Part shown: piece after piece, positions 36,707 through 42,144 of the stretch
Layout: each line of letters begins with the position of its first letter
How positions within the stretch are numbered: position 1 is the stretch's first letter
NCBI GenBank assembly: GCA_963845085.1
Contig: CAWJQI010000002.1
Location: forward strand, 1-42,144
Direction of reading: 5' to 3'
DNA: 42,144 bases
From: Candidatus Fermentibacterota bacterium
GTDB lineage: Bacteria > Fermentibacterota > Fermentibacteria > Fermentibacterales > JCC-6
Notes under the pieces: model-generated
The model's input: the letters and a program-made list of their open reading frames with translations, nothing else
Database searches by the model: none
What the model was told of the DNA's origin: nothing
Program-made: the position numbers and the translations under genes

Positions 36707-38979
36707 GGCGCACTTCTCCTTTGAACGGTGACATTTTCAGCTCCCGCAACGGTCTGTCCCAGGGAGAGGCCACCGTCCCCCGGTGGGACAAGATGGTGCC
36801 TGAGCGGGGTGAAGCCTTCTTCACGGAGCCTGTCGGTGGCCATGCGGGTGAGCAGCCGGTTTGCAAAACAGCCGCCCGTGAGAAGCACCTTTTCGATCCC
36901 AGCCTCGCGCGCCACCAGCACAATGCCCTCGCACAGACCGGCATGCAGCCTCATAGAGATCACTCCTGAAGGCAGCCCGGCCTCATGGTCAGCCAGAAGC
37001 GCCTTCATCATTGGAAGCCAGTCAAGCACCAGAATGCCATCACCCCGCCTTAGTTCCATCCTGTAACCGTCCTCCGTGCCCTGGAGCCAGGCGAGGTTTT
37101 CAAGAAGCCCCGGCGCCTCGCCCCGGAAGGAGCAGACCCCCTTGAGGCCTATGAGCGCAGCGGATGCGTCGAAAAGCCGTCCGGCGCTGGTGGTGCGCGG
37201 GCAGTTCACACCCCGTTCGAGCATCCTGGCGATGACCCTCAGTTGGGAAGGTTCGAAAAAGGGGGAGGAGGGGAGCTCACCGTGGATCTCCCACAGGATG
37301 CCGAGTGCCGATCGCCTGGGCTCGAAGGCTGCGGCATCACCCCCCGGCAGGGGGAATGAGCGGAGGCATGCGATCCGCTCGAAGGATGATGCATCACCTA
37401 CGGCGAGAAACTCTCCGCCCCAGGCGGAAAGATCGTCGCCCAGCCCCACACCATCCCACGCAACGCCAAGCACGGGTCCTTCAGCACCGTTCTCGGCCAT
37501 GCACCCGAGCACATGGGCATGGTGGTGCTGAACCACGACCGAAGGAACACCCATCGTCTCCGCCGCTGCTGTGGATGCGTAATCAGGATGCAGGTCCCTT
37601 ACCACCAGCCTTCCCTCGCCGAAAAAGTGTTGCAGGTCCCGAAGAGCCATCGAATGGGCCTCGACGGACGGAAGGCTGTCAAGGTCGCCGATGTGCTGGC
37701 TCATGACGACACCGCCGCTTATGGAAACCGCAACCGTGTTCGCCATGTGCCCCCCCACGGCAACCACCCCGGGGGGCATGCCGGCAACCTTGACCGGAAG
37801 AGGCGCGTAGCCCCTTGCCCTTCGGATTGTCAGCGGGCCGTCGGGCAGCCATCCCACTACGGAATCGTCCACCTGGCGCGCGATGGGACGGTTGTGTACA
37901 AGAAACAGGTCTGCCGTTCCCCTGAGCTTTATGAGCGCTTCGCGTTCATCGATGCAGATCGGCTCGCCCGATGCATTCCCGCTCGTGGCCACCAGAGGTA
38001 CCCCTGCATCGGATGCGACCAGGTGGTGCAGGGGTGTTGCGGGCAGCATGAGCCCCAGCCAGGAACTGCCCGGTGCAACTCCGGTCGAGACCCCGTGTCC
38101 CTTCCACCGCAGGAGAGTGATGGGTGCGGCGGGAGAGAGCAGCAGCTCCTCTTCACCCTCCTCGATGAAACAGAGTTCCCCTGCTTCCCTGAGGCCCTGC
38201 ACAAGAAGGGCCAGCGGCTTCGCGGGCCGGTTCTTCCGAGTTCTCAGAAGGGCGACCGAAGAGTCGGAATCAGCCCTGACAAGCAGCTGAAAGCCACCCA
38301 ATCCCTTCAGCGCGAGAATCATCCCCCCGAGAACGGCTTCCACGGCAGCCCGAAGCGCAGCATCATCGCTTGCGATTTCATCACCGCGGCTGTTCAGAAG
38401 TGACAACCGTGGACCGCATACGGGGCAGGCAACCGGCTGTGCATGGAAGCGTCTGTCGTTCGGGTCTGCGTACTCCGAGGCACATTCGGGGCACATCGCG
38501 AACCCTCTCATGGTCGTGTTGGGACGGTCGTACGGAAGGGAGAGAAGGATGGAGTACCTTGGTCCGCAGTTCGTGCAGTTGGTGAACGGGTATCGGTACC
38601 TGCGGTTTTCGGGGTTGCGAACGTCTGCGATGCACTCGCGGCATACGGCGAGGTCGGGCGTGATGAGTGTGTCGGGTGCACCCTCCCTGCTCCGGGCGAT
38701 AAGGAAACCCGTCTCCGGAATTGCCGGTATTTCGGTCGAGCTTACGCTGCTGATGATTGCGGGACCGGGCTTCTCTGCAGGAAGGCGGTGGGTGAAAGAC
38801 TCAAGGGCCTCCGGGCTCCCCTGAACCTCGATGACAACGCCATCGGACGAGTTCCAGACCCTGCCTGACAACCCGTGGCCAAGGGCCAGCCTGTATATGT
38901 AGGGGCGAAATCCAACGCCCTGGACCGCACCCCGAACCACCAGCCTCAGCCTTTGCGGGTTTCTGCAGCAATCCTTCAT
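36703..38979 (-). CDS. hypF: Carbamoyltransferase HypF
   Basis: GAVQGVGFRP acylphosphatase-like domain, two CxxC-x18-CxxC Zn fingers, QHHHAH, SAGRLFD, PPGDGG. Confidence 0.97.
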   Translation of the reverse strand: MKDCCRNPQRLRLVVRGAVQGVGFRPYIYRLALGHGLSGRVWNSSDGVVIEVQGSPEALESFTHRLPAEKPGPAIISSVSSTEIPAIPETGFLIARSREGAPDTLITPDLAVCRECIADVRNPENRRYRYPFTNCTNCGPRYSILLSLPYDRPNTTMRGFAMCPECASEYADPNDRRFHAQPVACPVCGPRLSLLNSRGDEIASDDAALRAAVEAVLGGMILALKGLGGFQLLVRADSDSSVALLRTRKNRPAKPLALLVQGLREAGELCFIEEGEEELLLSPAAPITLLRWKGHGVSTGVAPGSSWLGLMLPATPLHHLVASDAGVPLVATSGNASGEPICIDEREALIKLRGTADLFLVHNRPIARQVDDSVVGWLPDGPLTIRRARGYAPLPVKVAGMPPGVVAVGGHMANTVAVSISGGVVMSQHIGDLDSLPSVEAHSMALRDLQHFFGEGRLVVRDLHPDYASTAAAETMGVPSVVVQHHHAHVLGCMAENGAEGPVLGVAWDGVGLGDDLSAWGGEFLAVGDASSFERIACLRSFPLPGGDAAAFEPRRSALGILWEIHGELPSSPFFEPSQLRVIARMLERGVNCPRTTSAGRLFDASAALIGLKGVCSFRGEAPGLLENLAWLQGTEDGYRMELRRGDGILVLDWLPMMKALLADHEAGLPSGVISMRLHAGLCEGIVLVAREAGIEKVLLTGGCFANRLLTRMATDRLREEGFTPLRHHLVPPGDGGLSLGQTVAGAENVTVQRRSAP

Positions 38980-39021
38980 TCTTATACTATACCAAAGTTC
39001 GTCTTCACCTACGGGGGCATC

Positions 39022-39405
39022 GTGCACGAGTTTTCACTTGCCGAAGAGATGACCGCGGCCATTGCGGACACCCTGGGCGGACCTGTGAAGCTTTCCTCGG
39101 TTACGGTTGTTATAGGCCCCCTCTCGGGCGTTTCGCCTGAATCACTGGCCTTTTGCTTCTCGGCAGTTGCCGGCATGAAGGGTTTCGGGCGTCCGGAACT
39201 CGTCATCCGCAATACCGAGGCCAAAATGCACTGCAGGGATTGCGGCAGTGAATGGTTCAGCCGGGATTTCACCACGGGTTGCCCCGACTGCGGGTCCTGG
39301 AATCGTAACATAATGTCGGGAAGGGAGTTCTACGTGGAAAGCGTTGATCTTCCAGAGGAGGGTGCCGATGAGGATAAATGCGCCTGTGATGGCCAGGAAC
39401 AATGA
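39022..39405 (+). CDS. hypA: Nickel metallochaperone HypA
   Basis: GTG start gives MHE; CRDC and CPDC; GRE. Confidence 0.93.
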   Translation: MHEFSLAEEMTAAIADTLGGPVKLSSVTVVIGPLSGVSPESLAFCFSAVAGMKGFGRPELVIRNTEAKMHCRDCGSEWFSRDFTTGCPDCGSWNRNIMSGREFYVESVDLPEEGADEDKCACDGQEQ

Positions 39406-40009
39406 CATTGCTGCCGAGAACCGGCGTGCTTTCAGGTTGAACGGAGTATTCGCCTTCAACATCATCAGTTCTCCGGGAGCGGGAAAGACGACACTGCTCG
39501 AAGCCCTTGCAGCAAGGTTCGGAAAGGATCTTGCGGTAATCGAGGGTGATGTGAAGACCCGCCGGGATGCGGATCGGATCCGAAATGCCGGGTGCCAGGC
39601 GGTTCAGATCGAAACGGGTGGTTCGTGCCATCTCGACGCCGGATCCGTGAAGCAGGCCTTCTCCGAACTGGACAGGAGAACCCCGTTCAGGTACCTCGCC
39701 ATCGAGAATGTGGGCAACCTGATATGTCCCGCGGCGTACGACCTCGGGGAGCATCTCAGATTGGGCGTGCTCTCGCTGCCCGAGGGTGACGACAAGGTTC
39801 TGAAATACCCGGCCCTCTTCAGCACGATCGATGTTCTCGTGCTTAACAAGACCGATCTTGGGCCTCATCTTGATTTCGACATGGAGCGCGCGGAGCGGGA
39901 GTGCAGAAGCCTGAGTCCCCGGGTGAAGGTTTTCCGAACATCGGCGCGGACGGGAGACGGCGTCCGGGAGCTGTCGGACTACATCAGAAAGGCGGCTGAG
40001 TCGAATTGA
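39368..40009 (+). CDS. hypB: Nickel-insertion GTPase HypB
   Basis: SSPGAGKTT, IEGD, CHLDA, ENVGNLICPA, EGDDK, NKTD. Confidence 0.96.
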   Translation: MRINAPVMARNNDIAAENRRAFRLNGVFAFNIISSPGAGKTTLLEALAARFGKDLAVIEGDVKTRRDADRIRNAGCQAVQIETGGSCHLDAGSVKQAFSELDRRTPFRYLAIENVGNLICPAAYDLGEHLRLGVLSLPEGDDKVLKYPALFSTIDVLVLNKTDLGPHLDFDMERAERECRSLSPRVKVFRTSARTGDGVRELSDYIRKAAESN

Positions 40010-40821
40010 TACATTCAGGACAGGCCGTATTTGTTGCGGGCGCAGCAGGGGGTATCGGCAGAGCCCTTGCAGGCCTGCTCGCAGAGAAGGGGCACACGGT
40101 GACCGCCGCCGACCGGAACGGCGTTCTGCTGGAGTCGTTGAGCAGGGATTCCGGCGGCCGGATCGAAACGGTTGAACTCGACATCTCGCACCGAACCGCT
40201 GTGTCGGCACTGACGGCAGGGTATCTGGAACAGGGCCGCCGTTTCGCTGCCCTCGTCGTGACGGCGGGAATTCACAGCACCCATCCCGTCCAGTACCTTC
40301 CCGATGAACTTGTTGACCGGGTGCTTGATGTGAACCTCGCCTCGCACATCAAGCTGGTCAGGGACTTCCTGCCCCTTCTCGAGGACGGGGGCTCGATCAT
40401 CGGCGTGAGTTCCATTGCGGCATGCATCGGTGTTCCCATGTCATCCATGTACTCGGCGTCAAAATGGGGGCTTGAGGGTTTCTACGAATCGCTTCGCACA
40501 GAGGTGGTGCACAGGGGGCTCGGGGTGTCGGTGATCCACCCCGGTAACGTCAACACGGGCTTCAACGAGACCGGGAACACGTATGCCCCAACCGGCGATC
40601 CTTTCGTCGACCCGAGGTACGCCGGCGTGGTTGAACGGATTGACAGCCGGCACGGGATACCTCCCGTCAATGTCGCCCGGGTCATTGCACGAGTGCTTGC
40701 GAAAAGAAGGCCAAGATTCTGCTACGTAGTCGGTGGCAACGCCAGAAAGGCGAACTGGGCGAAGAAGCTGCTGGGGCGGGACGCGGCCATTTCACTGATG
40801 GGAAGGTTCTTCGGTTTCTGA
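40006..40821 (+). CDS. Short-chain dehydrogenase/reductase
   Basis: GAAGGIG, VSS, YSASK, HPG. Confidence 0.9.
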   Translation: MIHSGQAVFVAGAAGGIGRALAGLLAEKGHTVTAADRNGVLLESLSRDSGGRIETVELDISHRTAVSALTAGYLEQGRRFAALVVTAGIHSTHPVQYLPDELVDRVLDVNLASHIKLVRDFLPLLEDGGSIIGVSSIAACIGVPMSSMYSASKWGLEGFYESLRTEVVHRGLGVSVIHPGNVNTGFNETGNTYAPTGDPFVDPRYAGVVERIDSRHGIPPVNVARVIARVLAKRRPRFCYVVGGNARKANWAKKLLGRDAAISLMGRFFGF

Positions 40822-40825
40822 CGGA

Positions 40826-41701
40826 TCACACGCCCGGAATATCAACCTCCACGGCACCCCCAGTGCAGTAACTCTTAACCCGGGCCGGAACCCTGAGCCG
40901 CGGGTCGGCTTCATACAAGGCGCTGAGCACTTCCATATCGGGGTCGTCCGCAGCGGTTATCGCAGCCACCCTGTCAATAGGTTCATGTCATCAGACGAAA
41001 GGTTCTCATCCCCGACCCCTGCCAGCCCCCACACATCCCAGGGCAGCAGTTCCATTCTGTTCAGGCAGCCGTGTCCCGGACCAGGTTGCCCCTGATGAAC
41101 CACATCCCGTGCATGTCGAAGATGCCGAAAAGTTCGGGATCGGCCCGCCCCGAACGGCACATCTCCCAGCTTTTGCCCGCAACCAGGAACCTGTCCCTCG
41201 GCACGTTAAGGGGATCGAAATCTATCGCCAGCACATCTGACTGCAGGGGGTCAAGCTGGGCATCGACGAGCACCCAGCTTCCGGGGTCGCTTTTCCAATA
41301 CTCGCACACCCAGTGGTCAACATGGCGCCCGCTCTCGAAATAGCTGCCAAAACCGCACCTGGCCCTGGCGGGAATCCCCTGGTGAATGAGACCGACGCAA
41401 GGACGACCGAATAGTCCCTGCAGTTGCACACCAGCCGCTTTTCGGGGGGCCGGGCCACGGACAGGGGAGAATCGTCCAACTCCAGTATCCTGGCAAGCTT
41501 GCCGCCGAACGGACGGATTTGAACTTCGTCCTCGCGCACCTCAGCGGGTGAAAGACCGTATCGCTGTGCCCAGAAGACATGTACGAGAAGCCCCTGCAAA
41601 GCCCTGCAGAGTGGGCCGATTTCCCGGGGCAGGTCGTCGAGAAGCTGACGGTTGACCCCCGGATCAGTCATCACCCCGTGTTTTGAATAGGACCCGAACA
41701 T
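40826..41701 (-). CDS. Transglutaminase-like protein, broken by three apparent 1-nt deletions (~41390, ~41064, ~40977)
   Basis: CRDYS (Cys), PARARCGF, DHWVCEYW (His), VDAQ (Asp), ELLPWD; final frame IDRVAAIT...PRLRVP...GV* ends at 40826. Confidence 0.78.
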
Positions 41702-41802
41702 TCCCCTTCCCTTCGTTCAGAGCTTGTGAACCGCTCTCTCAGATATCCAAAAGTGTTACCACGGCTTTCAGGAATTGCCTATTGTAGCAACACAAAGGAA
41801 AG

Positions 41803-42144
41803 GTGGCCATGAACAGAATGCTCTCACGGAGGCTTTACGGCGCAGCCGTCGCAGCATGCGCGGCAGGTGCGGTATTCCTCCTGACCGGTGTCCTGTACAA
41901 GGCGATCACCTACCATGAAGAGGAGATATACTTCCTGTCGTCATGGGGATACACCTGGAACGAGCTGTTCGTAAGGCATGTGGTGGACACCGAGCGAAGC
42001 CCATGGGTGCAGGTGAACTACGAGATTCATGAAGGCCGGCTGCTTCGGGAGTCTACGTGGTCGACTCCGACACGCTCATCCTCGTGGTGTCGGGCCCCCG
42101 CAGGGAAGTGATGAGAACCGTCGCCGGCATCGAGAGCCAGCTCT
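41803..42144 (+). CDS. Hypothetical membrane-anchored protein, probably continuing past the window after an indel near 42050
   Basis: AAGGA SD; N-terminal TM helix; alternative frame VYVVDSDTLILVVSGPRREVMRTVAGIESQL stays open to the edge. Confidence 0.5.

Noticed and set aside
41061..41063. TGA in the transglutaminase-like gene as selenocysteine or readthrough
   Set aside because: Homology continues in a different frame (CTG AAC = LN), so this is an indel, not recoding.
1..42144. CRISPR array, rRNA, tRNA, prophage or known defence systems
   Set aside because: No regularly spaced repeats, RNA gene signatures or phage/defence proteins recognised by eye.

Overview
Gene-dense, GC-rich bacterial chromosome segment. 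The T9SS-like C-terminal domains, fused secDF and anaerobe-type Fe-S and Ni genes suggest an FCB-superphylum anaerobe such as Ca. Fermentibacterota (inference only). Contents in order: 3' end of a histidine kinase; fused secDF; Rrf2-nifU-nifS; three GT2 glycosyltransferases; an inositol monophosphatase; a beta-barrel OMP; a gingipain-like C25 protease; a long operon rpsF-ssb-(tail-less ssb paralog)-rpsR-DUF2232-rplI-tsaD-acpS-nnr-HD protein-rhamnose-isomerase-like gene; an HUH (RAYT-type) transposase; a legumain-like C13 protease; GT-B-like, MATE and EamA genes; a complete but scattered hypABCDEF set interleaved with a methyltransferase, lipoprotein, DEAD-box helicase, NatAB-like ABC exporter and SDR; and a transglutaminase-like gene. 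Best leads: (1) a 1051-bp HUH-transposase element with perfect 14-bp terminal inverted repeats that appears to have clipped its neighbour; (2) that neighbour is an otherwise intact L-rhamnose-isomerase homologue lacking the metal ligands (pseudoenzyme); (3) ssb plus a tail-less PriB-like paralog in tandem; (4) a two-state RNA structure over the rpsF ribosome-binding site; (5) several apparently leaderless genes. Small indels in secDF, nnr and the last two genes look like sequencing errors. All calls come from reading motifs by eye; no database searches were run.
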